A stretch of 63,999 nucleotides of DNA, filler included. It is 5 parts of 5 records of this genome, joined end to end, with 100 filler letters (N's around TTAATTAATTAA, not from the genome) between each part and the next. Parts side by side here need not be neighbours in the genome. Positions count along the whole stretch, not along the records: positions 22,971 to 50,095 come from DRR723986_3085; positions 50,196 to 58,692 come from DRR723986_3086; positions 58,793 to 63,999 come from DRR723986_3090; 2 more parts are not named here. One strand, 5' to 3'. The position numbers were made by a program, and so were the translations under genes. Shown in pieces: positions 48,721-59,047 of this stretch. Position 1 is the first letter of the stretch. The number at the start of each line of letters is the position of its first letter. A model generated the notes under the pieces. It was not told where the DNA came from, did not search any database, and was given only the letters and a program-made list of their open reading frames with translations.

Positions 48721-49041
48721 GTCGCTTCGTTTGAGTTTGAGTTATCGCTATCAAGTTGACGGCCAAGGCAGCATTCCTACCACCCAGCACTCAGCTATTT
48801 TCTCGCGCCAACACCGATTCTGCGAGCCCTGGGGCACTGATTCAAGCAGGATGTACGGCTACGCTGAAACGTTCGCTGATAGTGGCCGTCAACGCTGGTA
48901 TTTATGAGGTAGGAAACCAGAGTGTGTTCAACTGCGTATCATTTAGACGAAGGCCCGCGTACATGCTTTCTCGTTATCCTGCGGAAGCTGCGCACCCAGC
49001 GGGGAAATTCCGAATCAGACTTTGTTTGGGAGTATGGAACT

Positions 49042-49356
49042 ATGCAATCCAGAATGCTTATGGTGGCGTGTGTTTTCGTGGGTACACTCGTTGCCAACGC
49101 AGCAACGGCTCAAGCTCAAATTCCTCTCATTCGCGGAGGAACGCCTGTATTTCGAGCTCCCCAATTCAGCGCCAATGGTCCGCAGCCGTTTTCCACACGA
49201 CGAGCACGAGAGCTGCAGGCGGCTCGGGCGAGAGGCCTGACAACTCGCGGCACCGTGTTTGGTAATCTGTCTGCAAGCAGCCGATCCCGCACCGCAACCT
49301 ACCAGCGAGCGCGGCGATCAACAATGTTTTCGCGCAGGTTCAGCCGCTTTCGATAA
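49042..49356 (+). CDS. Small secreted Arg-rich hypothetical protein
   Basis: Signal peptide ending AQA; GGGAG upstream; basic mature part. Confidence 0.55.
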   Translation: MQSRMLMVACVFVGTLVANAATAQAQIPLIRGGTPVFRAPQFSANGPQPFSTRRARELQAARARGLTTRGTVFGNLSASSRSRTATYQRARRSTMFSRRFSRFR

Positions 49357-49470
49357 CCGCGAATCAGTCTGCTGACCGCCACCGGCGAATCGCCAAACTA
49401 TACTACAAGTGTCCTGCGAAGTTGCATATCGACACTCAAAAACGCCGAAAGTGAGCTTGGAACATTTTCA

Positions 49471-49902
49471 ATGAATTGCAAAACGAATAGGCTCTTGCTC
49501 GCGACACTCATTGTTCTACTTTCAATGATTCCCATCGACGTCGCCACCGCAAGTGAACTTGAAGGCGTTTGGCGCGGAAATTGGACCAGTCAGCCAAGCG
49601 GCAACCGCTCCCGCGAACACCGCGGATCGCTGCGTGTGCGACTGATTCCCAAGGCCGACGGAAGCTACAAGGGGCGGTTCTCTGGAAGGTTCGCTGTAGT
49701 GATTCCCTACTTCTATCGAGCAGATGTGTACCAGCAGGGAAATCAGTTGCGATCGACCAAAAAGCTCGGCCCGATGGGCGACTACACAATGCAGCTTGGT
49801 GTCAGTGGCGATCGCATGCTAGGCGGATGGTCGGCAGGCAAAGAAAACGGAACAATCTCATTGAAGCGAAAGCCTTTCAACCCTCGGCTGCTCTCACGAT
49901 AA
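49471..49902 (+). CDS. Secreted hypothetical protein
   Basis: Signal peptide; G.WRG.W.S...HRG.LR...F.GRF...IP. Confidence 0.65.
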   Translation: MNCKTNRLLLATLIVLLSMIPIDVATASELEGVWRGNWTSQPSGNRSREHRGSLRVRLIPKADGSYKGRFSGRFAVVIPYFYRADVYQQGNQLRSTKKLGPMGDYTMQLGVSGDRMLGGWSAGKENGTISLKRKPFNPRLLSR

Positions 49903-50095
49903 CAGCCTGCCACAGAGCTACCCACGCCGTGTTCGACTGTTTGCTATGTCCCAGCATCAGCGTTCCTGATCAATTGGCTGTGGTCGGACAGATAAACGCT
50001 CACTGAGGCACGGAGACACAGAGTTTCTTCGAGCAGAACCATTTCACGGGTCTGCCCCATTGCCATTGTCGCCAAACTTCGCCTGCGACAGGGCG

Positions 50096-50195
50096 NNNNN
50101 NNNNNNNNNNNNNNNNNNNNNNNNNNNNNNNNNNNNNNNTTAATTAATTAANNNNNNNNNNNNNNNNNNNNNNNNNNNNNNNNNNNNNNNNNNNN
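50096..50195. other. Artificial contig linker
   Basis: N run with TTAATTAATTAA. Confidence 0.99.
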
Positions 50196-51080
50196 GACCT
50201 GCAGCCGGGTATTCATTTCCATGAAGTAGAAACTGCCGTCCTCGTCCAGCAGGAATTCCACGGTACCGGCACCCCGGTAGTCGATAGCCCGGGCTGCGGT
50301 CACAGCCGTATCCCCCATGGCCCGGCGCAGCTCAGCAGTCATGCCCGGAGCCGGTGCTTCCTCGATTACTTTCTGGTGGCGGCGCTGCACGGAGCAGTCG
50401 CGCTCTGCCAGGTACACGCCATCGCCGTGGTTGTCGCAAAACACCTGGACCTCCACGTGCCGGGGTCGGGTCAGGTACTTCTCGACCAGCATTGTGTCGT
50501 CACCGAAGCTGGCGCTCGCCTCGCGTTGTGCCGCCGCCAGGCCATCGGCAAATTCCCCTGCTGACCAGACCTGGCGCATGCCCTTGCCGCCGCCCCCGGC
50601 GGTGGCCTTGAGCAGCACCGGGTAGCCCATCTCGTCCGCGGCCTGGCGCAGCACCGCCGGATCCTGGTCTGCCCCGTGATAGCCAGGCACCAGGGGCACG
50701 CCGGCAGCGCCCATGATCTCCTTGGCGGCGGACTTGGAACCCATGGCCTCGATTGCCGCAGGCGGAGGGCCGACGAAGGTAATCCCGTTTTCCTCGCAGG
50801 CGCGTGCGAAGCCGGCGTTCTCGGACAGGAATCCGTAGCCCGGGTGGATGGCGTCAGCGCCGCAGGCCAGGGCGGCATCAATAATGCGCTGCGCCAGCAG
50901 GTAGGACTCCCGGGCGGGTGACGGGCCGATGTGCAGCGCCTCGTCGGCCATCTCCACATGCAGGGCGTCGGCATCGGCATCGGAGTAAACGGCAACGGTG
51001 CGAATCCCTAAGCGGCGGGCGGTGCGGATGACGCGGCAGGCGATTTCCCCGCGATTGGCGATCAATAGTTTGGCGAACAC
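50196..51080 (-). CDS. liuD: 3-methylcrotonyl-CoA carboxylase biotin carboxylase subunit, 3' truncated
   Basis: [45 protein letters not shown]; operon context. Confidence 0.9.
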
Positions 51081-51083
51081 GGC

Positions 51084-51881
51084 TTAGTCCTCCTCGACCT
51101 GCCAGGCAGGCGGGCGTTTCTGCAGGAAGGCGGCCAGGCCCTCCTGCCCTTCTTCGGACACGCGGATATGGGCAATGCGGGCGCAGGTGTCCTCGATCAG
51201 GTCGGCGCTCAGGTCTTGCCCGCTGACCCCGGTGATGAGGTCCTTGGCTGCGCGTATCGCCGCCGGGCCGTTGCCCAGCAGCACGGCAACCAGTGCGTCG
51301 ACGCGCTCATCCAGCTGCTCCCCGGGGCAGGTTTCGCTCAGCAGGCCCAGCTCCCGGGCCGTAGCGGCAGTAAAGCGCTCGCCGGTCATGACATAGCGCC
51401 GTGCGGCACGCTCGCCGATAGCGCGAATAACATAGGGGCTGATGGTGGCGGGGATCAGGCCGATCCTGACTTCGGACAGGGCGAAGCTGGCCTCGTCGGC
51501 GCCGATTGCCATATCGCAGCAACTTACCAGTCCCACCGCACCGCCGAAAGCAGCGCCCTGGACCCGGGCAACGGTAGGCTGCGGCAGTTGGAACAGGGCC
51601 TGGAGCATACCCGCCAGTTGCTCGGCGTCTTTCATGTTGTGGCCGAAGTCGTACTCGGCCATGCGCTGCATCCAGCCCAGGTCGGCGCCGGCGGAAAAGC
51701 TCTTGCCGCTGGAGGCCAGCACCATGACGCGCACGTCCTCCCGACCGGCGAGCTGGTCGAAGATCTGCCGCAGCTCGGCGATCATCCCGTCATCGAAGGC
51801 ATTGTGTTTCTCGGGACGATCCAGGGTGACCGTGGCAACGCCCTTGGCACTCACCTGAAGCTTGACGCTTTGTTCACTCAT
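51084..51881 (-). CDS. liuC: Methylglutaconyl-CoA hydratase (crotonase family)
   Basis: FSAGADL.WM, AFGGAVGL..CCD, SEVRIGLIPATISPYV. Confidence 0.9.
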   Translation of the reverse strand: MSEQSVKLQVSAKGVATVTLDRPEKHNAFDDGMIAELRQIFDQLAGREDVRVMVLASSGKSFSAGADLGWMQRMAEYDFGHNMKDAEQLAGMLQALFQLPQPTVARVQGAAFGGAVGLVSCCDMAIGADEASFALSEVRIGLIPATISPYVIRAIGERAARRYVMTGERFTAATARELGLLSETCPGEQLDERVDALVAVLLGNGPAAIRAAKDLITGVSGQDLSADLIEDTCARIAHIRVSEEGQEGLAAFLQKRPPAWQVEED

Positions 51882-51899
51882 CTGCAGGCACTCCCCTGG

Positions 51900-53507
51900 T
51901 TACATCCGGAACACGCCGAACCGCGATTCACGGATCGGCGCATTGAGTGAGGCGGAGATGGCCAGGCCGAGCACCCTGCGGGTGTCTGCCGGATCAATGA
52001 CACCGTCATCCCACAATCGTGCCGAAGAATAGTAGGGGTGCCCCTGTGCCTCGTACTGGTCGAGGATGGGCTGTTTGAAGGCGGCTTCCTCGTCGGCACT
52101 CATGGCATTGCCATCTCGCGCCAGCTGCTCCTGCTTGACGGTGGCGAGTACGCCCGCGGCCTGTTCCCCGCCCATCACCGAAATCCGGGCATTGGGCCAC
52201 ATGAACAGGAAGCGGGGGTCGTAGGCCCGACCGCACATGGCGTAGTTGCCGGCGCCAAATGAGCCGCCGATGATGACCGTGAATTTCGGCACCTCGGCGC
52301 AGGCCACGGCGTGGACCATTTTTGCCCCGTGTCGGGCGATACCGCCGGCCTCGTACTGTTTGCCTACCATGAACCCGGTGATGTTCTGCAGGAAGACCAG
52401 CGGGATCTTGCGCTGGGCACAGAGCTCGACGAAGTGGGCGCCCTTGACCGCCGACTCACTGAACAGGATGCCGTTATTGGCCACGATGCCCACCGGGTAG
52501 CCATGGATGCGGGCAAAACCGCAAACCAGAGTTTCGCCAAACAGGGCCTTGAACTCGTCAAACTCCGAGCCGTCGACAACCCGGGCGATGACTTCACGGA
52601 TGTCGAAGGGCTGTTTGCTGTCGGCGGGGATCACCCCGTAAACGTCTTCTACCGGGTACAGTGGATCTCGCGGCTCGCCCAGGGCCGGGCCCGCGGGCTT
52701 GCTGCGGTTGAGCCGGGCCACTGCCCGGCGCATCAACGCCAGCGCATGATGATCGTTATTGGCGTAGTGGTCGGTCACGCCCGAAGTTCGGCAATGGACG
52801 TCAGCGCCGCCCAGTTCCTCTGCAGTCACTATCTCTCCAGTGGCGGCTTTTACCAGTGGTGGTCCGCCGAGGAAGATCGTGCCCTGGTTGCGGACGATGA
52901 TTGATTCATCGGCCATAGCCGGCAGATAGGCACCGCCCGCGGTACAGGAGCCGAGGACGGCGGCGATCTGTGGTATGCCCATGGCGGACATGCGGGCCTG
53001 GTTGTAGAACGCGTGACCGAAGTGCTCGCGGTCCGGGAAAACCTCGTCCTGCAGCGGCAGGAATGCGCCGCCGGAGTCGACCAGGTACAGACAGGGCAGG
53101 TGGTTTTCCTCGGCAATGGTCTGGGCACGACCCTGCTTCTTCACGGTCAGCGGGTAGTAGGTGCCGCCCTTTACCGTGGCGTCATTGACGAAAATCATGC
53201 ACTCCTGCCCGGATACGCGGCCGATGCCGGTTATAATCCCGGCCCCCGGAACCTCGTCCGGGTAGACCGCGTGGGCCGCGAGCTGGGACAGCTCCAAAAA
53301 CGGTGAACCGGGATCCAGCAGGGCCTGCAGGCGCTCCCGTGGCAGCAGTTTGCCGCGGCTGGTGTGGCGCTGCTGGGCTTTCTCCCCGCCGCCGAGACGC
53401 AGGCGGCTGACCAAGATCTTCAGGTCATCGACCTGTTCCTGCATCCGCGCCCGATTGACTTCAAAGGCGGGGTCCCGGGGATTGATGCGGCTGGTGATTA
53501 TGCTCAT
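51900..53507 (-). CDS. liuB: 3-methylcrotonyl-CoA carboxylase carboxyltransferase subunit
   Basis: [45 protein letters not shown]. Confidence 0.95.
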   Translation of the reverse strand: MSIITSRINPRDPAFEVNRARMQEQVDDLKILVSRLRLGGGEKAQQRHTSRGKLLPRERLQALLDPGSPFLELSQLAAHAVYPDEVPGAGIITGIGRVSGQECMIFVNDATVKGGTYYPLTVKKQGRAQTIAEENHLPCLYLVDSGGAFLPLQDEVFPDREHFGHAFYNQARMSAMGIPQIAAVLGSCTAGGAYLPAMADESIIVRNQGTIFLGGPPLVKAATGEIVTAEELGGADVHCRTSGVTDHYANNDHHALALMRRAVARLNRSKPAGPALGEPRDPLYPVEDVYGVIPADSKQPFDIREVIARVVDGSEFDEFKALFGETLVCGFARIHGYPVGIVANNGILFSESAVKGAHFVELCAQRKIPLVFLQNITGFMVGKQYEAGGIARHGAKMVHAVACAEVPKFTVIIGGSFGAGNYAMCGRAYDPRFLFMWPNARISVMGGEQAAGVLATVKQEQLARDGNAMSADEEAAFKQPILDQYEAQGHPYYSSARLWDDGVIDPADTRRVLGLAISASLNAPIRESRFGVFRM

Positions 53508-53516
53508 GACGTGCCC

Positions 53517-54686
53517 CTAGGCGCTCGCGTTGAACAGTTCGCGACCGATCAGCATGCGGCGGATTTCCGATGTACCGGCGCCGATCTCGTACAGCTTGGC
53601 GTCGCGCAGCAGGCGACCGGCATTGGCCTCGTTGGTATAACCGTAGCCGCCGAGGGCCTGGATCGCCTGCAGTGCCATCTGGGTGGCTTTCTCGGCGGTG
53701 TAGAGGATGACGGCGGCACAGTCCTGGCGAGTTTCCTCGCCCCGGTCACAGGCGGCGGCAACCGCATACAGGTAGGCGCGGCAGGCGTTGAGGTCGGCGT
53801 ACATATCCGCCAGTTTGCCCTGCATCAGCTGGAACTGGCCGATACTCTGGCCGAACTGGGTGCGCGTGTGCAGGTAGGGCAAGACCTCGTCGATACAGGC
53901 TTGCATGATGCCCACCGGCCCGCCGGACAGCACCGTGCGTTCATAATCCAGTCCTGACATCAGGATACTGACTCCGTCGCCCTCGTTTCGCATGACGTTG
54001 GCCGCGGGCACCGGACAATCCTCGAACACCAGCTCACAGGTGTTGGAACCGCGCATGCCCAGTTTGTCCAGCTTGGGAGAGCGGGAGAACCCGGGGAAAT
54101 CCCGCTCGACCAGGAACGCGGTAATGCCGCGCGAGCCTGCTGCCGGATCGGTCTTGGCGTAGATCACGTAAACGTCGGCATCCGGCCCGTTGGTAATCCA
54201 CATCTTGGTGCCGTTGAGCAGGTAGTGATCGCCCTCCCGGCGCGCGTTCAATTTCATGCTCACCACGTCGGAGCCGGCATTGGGCTCCGACATGGCGAGT
54301 GCGCCCACGTGTTCACCGCTGCAGAGTCGGGGCAGGTACTGCTGCTTCTGTGCCTCGCTGCCGTTCTTCTGGATCTGGTTGAGGCACAGGTTGGACATGG
54401 CAGCGTAGGACAGGCCGACTGAGGCGGATGCCCGGCTGATCTCTTCCACGACCACCGAGTGGGCCAGGTAGCCCATTCCGCTGCCACCGTAGGCTTCATC
54501 CACGGTGATGCCCAGCAGGCCCATGTCGCCAAATTTGCGCCACAGATCCGCCGGGAACTCGTTGTCGCGGTCGATCTGCGCCGCGCGCGGCGCGATTTCT
54601 TTCTGGCACATCTGGTACACCGCATCGCGCAGCATGTCGATGTCTTCGCCAAGGCCGAAATTCAGTGAGGGGTAGGCAGTGTTCAT
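53517..54686 (-). CDS. liuA: Isovaleryl-CoA dehydrogenase
   Basis: [47 protein letters not shown]. Confidence 0.95.
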   Translation of the reverse strand: MNTAYPSLNFGLGEDIDMLRDAVYQMCQKEIAPRAAQIDRDNEFPADLWRKFGDMGLLGITVDEAYGGSGMGYLAHSVVVEEISRASASVGLSYAAMSNLCLNQIQKNGSEAQKQQYLPRLCSGEHVGALAMSEPNAGSDVVSMKLNARREGDHYLLNGTKMWITNGPDADVYVIYAKTDPAAGSRGITAFLVERDFPGFSRSPKLDKLGMRGSNTCELVFEDCPVPAANVMRNEGDGVSILMSGLDYERTVLSGGPVGIMQACIDEVLPYLHTRTQFGQSIGQFQLMQGKLADMYADLNACRAYLYAVAAACDRGEETRQDCAAVILYTAEKATQMALQAIQALGGYGYTNEANAGRLLRDAKLYEIGAGTSEIRRMLIGRELFNASA

Positions 54687-54719
54687 GGGTGAATCCTGTT
54701 GCTGGAAAACGGGTTCTGA

Positions 54720-55109
54720 TCAGTGGGTCCTTGGGGTGCCGGCGAGGGCGTGCTCACACAGATCCTGGACCTCGTCGAGGCTGGCCAGCATGTCGTCGAT
54801 ATCCCGGCGTTGCTGCAGCAGACTGTCGCGGCGTTCCTTAACGGTCCTGATCAGGGAGTGTAGCTGGTCCTTGTTGTTGTGTGCGGGGTCATACATATCG
54901 ATGACCTCCGCGCTTTCCGCCAGCGAGAGACCAATGCGCTTGCCGCGCAGGATCAGCTTGATGCGTACCCGGTCGGCAGCGGAGTAGATCCGGCGCTGGC
55001 CCTCGCGCCGCGGGTGCACCAGGCCTTTTTCCTCATAGAAGCGGATGGTCCGGGTGGTTACCCCGAACTCTTCGGCCAGTTCAGAAATGGAATAGGTTTC
55101 CGGTTTCAC
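54720..55109 (-). CDS. liuR: MerR family regulator LiuR
   Basis: YSISELAEEF.VTTRTIRFYE, LILRGKRIG.SL; heads the liu operon. Confidence 0.9.
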   Translation of the reverse strand: MKPETYSISELAEEFGVTTRTIRFYEEKGLVHPRREGQRRIYSAADRVRIKLILRGKRIGLSLAESAEVIDMYDPAHNNKDQLHSLIRTVKERRDSLLQQRRDIDDMLASLDEVQDLCEHALAGTPRTH

Positions 55110-55148
55110 GGCACAGTCCTGATCGTCATGCACCGTAGGGTAGCCTAA

Positions 55149-55166
55149 GTTAACGTTAACGTAAAC
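55149..55166. promoter_or_regulatory. LiuR operator
   Basis: GTTAACGTTAACGTAAAC near-perfect palindrome with ACGT-WW-ACGT core upstream of liuR. Confidence 0.8.
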
Positions 55167-55209
55167 GTTATGCTTTAGCGTTTCTGCCCGGCCGTACCGG
55201 CCAGCCGGC

Positions 55210-55737
55210 TCAGGTATTGTGGGCCAGCTGGCTTTCCAGCCGTGCCTTCATCGGCAACACCCACTGCGTCTTCAGTTGCGGCGACAGCAGGCCCGCATCC
55301 TCCAGCTCATCACACAGGCGCATCTGGTGGGCGAGGTCGAACAGGTCGAACTGGCGACAGATCCTGGCGTCGGCATCAAGCGTGATAAAGGACACCCCGG
55401 GGGTTTCGTAGAAACTGCCGTCCGGGCGCAGCCCGGGGCCGCGATTGAACCAGTGGGTAATCAGGCGGTTGTCGCTGCCGGTGTAGACGCCGGCATAGGG
55501 AAAGGTCCACCCCTCCCACCCGACCTGCATATCCCGGCCATAGTGGGTGGCCTTGATCTGGTCGATACCGTCCGCGGTTACGGTCATGACCCCGGCATAC
55601 TCGCAGGTATACACGCAATCACGCGCATATAGCTGATCCACAAAGAAGGTCCATTCGTTGGTGCGGGAGGCCTCGGCGTGGGCCTCGATGAGACGATTGG
55701 CGGTGGCGCGCAGGGTTTCCTCGGTCAGTTTGGTCAT
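55210..55737 (-). CDS. NTF2/SnoaL-like family protein
   Basis: LYARDCVY, G...I, ITL....RI....D.FD pattern; AGGAG RBS. Confidence 0.7.
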   Translation of the reverse strand: MTKLTEETLRATANRLIEAHAEASRTNEWTFFVDQLYARDCVYTCEYAGVMTVTADGIDQIKATHYGRDMQVGWEGWTFPYAGVYTGSDNRLITHWFNRGPGLRPDGSFYETPGVSFITLDADARICRQFDLFDLAHQMRLCDELEDAGLLSPQLKTQWVLPMKARLESQLAHNT

Positions 55738-55880
55738 GGTCAGGCTCCTCGGTTGCAGGCTCCTGCAGTTTAGATCCCCGATGCGTGCATACCTGAATCG
55801 CCTGGGCTGGCAGGCTGAACCAGTGGGTTGTTTGCTATGATCGCGTTTTGCCAGCCGGTAACAGGAGCCACCCGCAACCC

Positions 55881-56858
55881 ATGGCCAGCACAGCTTTACT
55901 CCCCCTGCTCGCCGACGGCGAATTTCACTCCGGCCAGGAGCTCGCTGACCGGTTCGAAATCAGCCGCTCCGCGGTCTGGCAGCAGTTGCAGCGACTCAAG
56001 CAGCTGGGGCTGGAACTGGAGTCCGTGCGAGGCCGGGGGTACCGGATTCCAGGCGGTATCGAGCTGCTCGACCCTGTCCGGGTGCGCGCGGCCCTGGCTC
56101 CCGGGGTTGCCGCCCTGGCAGCTGAGATCGCCCTGCACCCGGTGATTGACTCCACCAATGCCGAGGCACAGCGGCGCATCGCGGCGGGCGCAGGGTCTGG
56201 CCTGGTGTGTATCGCTGAGCAGCAGACCGCCGGGCGCGGGCGCCGTGGCCGCCAGTGGGTTAGCCCCTTCGGCCGCAATATCTACCTGTCACTGGTCTGG
56301 GAATTTGCCCGGGGCGCTTCGTCCCTCGACGGTTTAAGCCTTGCCGTGGGCGTGGCCGTCGCCCGGGCGCTGGCGGACTGCGGCTTGCCCCCGGTGCAGC
56401 TGAAGTGGCCGAATGATGTGCTGTTTGCAGGCGCTAAACTGGGCGGCATCCTGCTGGAGATGAGTACGGATGCGGCGGGTTGCTGTCGGGTGGTGATAGG
56501 GGTGGGCATCAATGTGGCCATGCCGGGGTCTGCGGCAACCCACATCGACCAGGCCTGGACTGACCTGGCGACGGTTAATGGCGGCGTAGCGCCCGGGCGC
56601 AACCGGGTCCTGGCGGCGCTGCTGGATGAGTTGCTGCCGCTGGCGGCGGGCTACGAGCGCCAGGGTTTCCAGCACTGGCGCGAGGCCTGGTCGCGGCTCG
56701 ATGCTTTTGCCGACCAGGAGGTGGTGATGGTTAGTGGTGATCGGCGGCAGGCCGGCGTGGCGCGGGGTGTCGACGAGCGCGGTGCGCTCCAGCTCGAGAC
56801 AACCGTCGGGACGACCGCGATATTCGGGGGTGAAATGTCCCTGAGGAAGGCTTCGTGA
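55881..56858 (+). CDS. birA: Bifunctional biotin ligase/repressor
   Basis: LADGEFHSG HTH, IDSTN, QTAGRGRRGR.W, KWPND, KLGGIL. Confidence 0.96.
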   Translation: MASTALLPLLADGEFHSGQELADRFEISRSAVWQQLQRLKQLGLELESVRGRGYRIPGGIELLDPVRVRAALAPGVAALAAEIALHPVIDSTNAEAQRRIAAGAGSGLVCIAEQQTAGRGRRGRQWVSPFGRNIYLSLVWEFARGASSLDGLSLAVGVAVARALADCGLPPVQLKWPNDVLFAGAKLGGILLEMSTDAAGCCRVVIGVGINVAMPGSAATHIDQAWTDLATVNGGVAPGRNRVLAALLDELLPLAAGYERQGFQHWREAWSRLDAFADQEVVMVSGDRRQAGVARGVDERGALQLETTVGTTAIFGGEMSLRKAS

Positions 56859-57604
56859 CTGCTCCGGCGACGGTTTTGCAACTCGATATCGGCAATACCG
56901 CTGCCAAATGGCGGCTGGTGTCGGCAAGCCAGGTCATCGCGCGCGGCAGCTGCAAGCTGACACGGGGGGAGCCGCTGCCGCCGGCACTGGCCGAACTGGC
57001 GGCAGCGGACGCCATCTGGGTTTCCAGTGTTGCCTCGGCCGAACTCAACGATTGGCTGGCGGCGGCCTGTAACGACCAGTGGGGCATCGCCCCGTGGTTT
57101 GCCAGCTCCGAGGCCCACACCGGCGACCTGGTGAACAGCTATGCCGAGCCGTCCCGGCTCGGAGTTGACCGTTGGCTGGCAATGCTTGGCGCTAGAGCGA
57201 GACACCCCGGCGCCCTCTGTGTTGTCGATGTCGGGTCCGCCATGACGATCGACCTGGTGGCTGCCGATGGCCGCCATGAGGGGGGCTACATTATCCCGGG
57301 ACCGGCGCTGATGGAGCGGGCGCTGCTACTGGATACGGACCGGGTGCGTTTCGACGAGGCGGTGGACTATCAGCTGGCCCCCGGAACATCGACCGCGGAG
57401 GCGGTCCGACATGGCATCGCCCTGGCGCAGGCGGGCGCTGTTGCCCTGGTGTTACAGCAGCATCCGGGGAATCCGGCGCTGGTCTGCTGTGGTGGCGGAG
57501 CGGCGACCTTGCTGACCCTGCTCGATAGCGGCGGCGAATATGTGCAGGATCTGGTATTTGAGGGCCTGGAGCTCATGGCCCGGCTCAGCACAGTCCAGCC
57601 CTGA
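56855..57604 (+). CDS. coaX: Type III pantothenate kinase
   Basis: DIGNT..KW, LGVDRW, VDVGSA.T.D, GGYI.PG, LVFEGL. Confidence 0.95.
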   Translation: MTAPATVLQLDIGNTAAKWRLVSASQVIARGSCKLTRGEPLPPALAELAAADAIWVSSVASAELNDWLAAACNDQWGIAPWFASSEAHTGDLVNSYAEPSRLGVDRWLAMLGARARHPGALCVVDVGSAMTIDLVAADGRHEGGYIIPGPALMERALLLDTDRVRFDEAVDYQLAPGTSTAEAVRHGIALAQAGAVALVLQQHPGNPALVCCGGGAATLLTLLDSGGEYVQDLVFEGLELMARLSTVQP

Positions 57605-57778
57605 CCAATTCACCCCCGGCTAGTGGGAAGACGGGGCCGCAGAAGATATAACTTATAGGCATGATAGGAAATAATTAATTGGAATTTGTGTAATGTGCCT
57701 CCCGGGCCAATACTGGTAACAGGCGACCAAGCAGAGAGCGGCTGGTAGAGGGTATCGGCGGCTCCGGGAGAACAGACG

Positions 57779-58504
57779 ATGAAAGGTGTATGTGCGGCCA
57801 GCCTGGCAGTGATGCTTGGTGCGGCGAGTGTGGCCTGGTCGGCACCGACCGTGCAGGTCAAGGGCGGCCAGACCACATTTTCCCTGGCTGAGCCCGTGGT
57901 CGAAGCCCTGCAGGGGTGTGAGCTGGAGCGAGTCAAGCCCGCGATAGTGAAGCCACAAGGGGATCAGCTGCGCCTTACCGTATCCGGTGGCGTGCTTGAT
58001 CGGGAGACGCTGGCGGGTGAAATCGAGCACAGAGGCGGCTTGAGCCTGTCCTGCTTTGGCGGCGAATCAGTCGTCTCCCTGCAAAACTTCCGTGTGGATA
58101 CCACCGTGGAGCCCTGGCTGATTTCCGCCATGGCAGCGATAGATGGCGAGCTGCAGGGCCGCCTGCCAGTACTCGTACCGGCGGGTCAGCCCGATGTCGA
58201 ACTCAGCAACGGCAACCTTGTCCGGCTGCAGGGACTTGAAGTGACCCTCACTCAGGAACTGGTGGATCTTTTCCTGGCCGAGATCGGCCTGGTGGCCAGT
58301 ACCGAAGACATCATCGGCCTGGTTGGTTCACGGGTGAAACTCCGCTCGGAAGACAGGCGCAGCGAAGACGACGAGGATGATGCTGAATCGGACGACCAGG
58401 GGAATGCCTCTGCATCATCCCGGAAGGGCGACAAGGACAAGCCCCAGAAGGATAAGAGCCAGGGCAGTGATGACGAGGATGATGAAGAGGGCGACGACGA
58501 TTAG
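57779..58504 (+). CDS. Secreted hypothetical protein with acidic C-terminal tail
   Basis: Signal peptide, GEIEHRGGLSL motif, Asp/Glu-rich tail; GGGAG RBS. Confidence 0.7.
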   Translation: MKGVCAASLAVMLGAASVAWSAPTVQVKGGQTTFSLAEPVVEALQGCELERVKPAIVKPQGDQLRLTVSGGVLDRETLAGEIEHRGGLSLSCFGGESVVSLQNFRVDTTVEPWLISAMAAIDGELQGRLPVLVPAGQPDVELSNGNLVRLQGLEVTLTQELVDLFLAEIGLVASTEDIIGLVGSRVKLRSEDRRSEDDEDDAESDDQGNASASSRKGDKDKPQKDKSQGSDDEDDEEGDDD

Positions 58505-58570
58505 CCCCCGGAAGACCGCCAGTCATCGTCAGGCGCCATGCAGTGTACTTTGTGTGACGCACGCCGCCGC

Positions 58571-58608
58571 TTGAATCACGGGAGTTCAATCGTCTAGAAT
58601 GGCGCGCC
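58571..58608 (+). promoter_or_regulatory. Stable-RNA promoter with GC-rich discriminator
   Basis: TTGAAT-18 nt-TAGAAT-GGCGCGCC upstream of tRNA. Confidence 0.7.
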
Positions 58609-58645
58609 TTCAGGGTGGCCAGTCAGAGCGCCCTGTAAGCGTCAG

Positions 58646-58692
58646 GCTGGCGTAGCTCAGTAGGTAGAGCAGCTGATTTGTAATCAGCCGGT
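58646..58692 (+). tRNA. tRNA-Thr(TGT), 3' truncated by contig end
   Basis: GCTGGCGTAGCTCAGTAGGTAGAGCA then GCTGA-TTTGTAA-TCAGC anticodon arm; usual position after birA-coaX. Confidence 0.88.
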
Positions 58693-58792
58693 NNNNNNNN
58701 NNNNNNNNNNNNNNNNNNNNNNNNNNNNNNNNNNNNTTAATTAATTAANNNNNNNNNNNNNNNNNNNNNNNNNNNNNNNNNNNNNNNNNNNN
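58693..58792. other. Artificial contig linker
   Basis: N run with TTAATTAATTAA. Confidence 0.99.
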
Positions 58793-58820
58793 GATGTCCC
58801 ATTTTATGTGACGACGGACA
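58793..58820. mobile_element. Possible IS terminal inverted repeat at contig edge (IS481-like)
   Basis: Reverse complement starts TGTCCGTCGTCA; TGT terminus at an assembly break; no transposase visible. Confidence 0.3.
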
Positions 58821-59047
58821 ATCCGCCTACACCTGTAATGACGGGTGAGCGGGCGGGTTCTTTCAGGACGGAGGTAGTTCGGTGGAAAGGGCGGAAAGTG
58901 TGAGTTCGCCGCGGCTACGAAGTTATCTTGCCGACTGAGAAAAGCGGCCATTCAACTACCAGAATGCGCGGTAGCTTTGCTCGCAGGAAGTCATTGCTGA
59001 CCAAGAGCACAACTAGAAAAGATAACTTCAAGCTGCCTCACAGGCGG

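Noticed and set aside
50001-50023. CACTGAGGCACGGAGACACAGAG, similar to short dispersed repeats seen beside accessory genes
   Set aside because: Single degenerate copy near a contig end; cannot be supported from this window.
13950-58792. Four copies of TTAATTAATTAA within N runs
   Set aside because: Identical 100-nt synthetic linkers, not biological repeats; ORFs containing X runs are artefacts.
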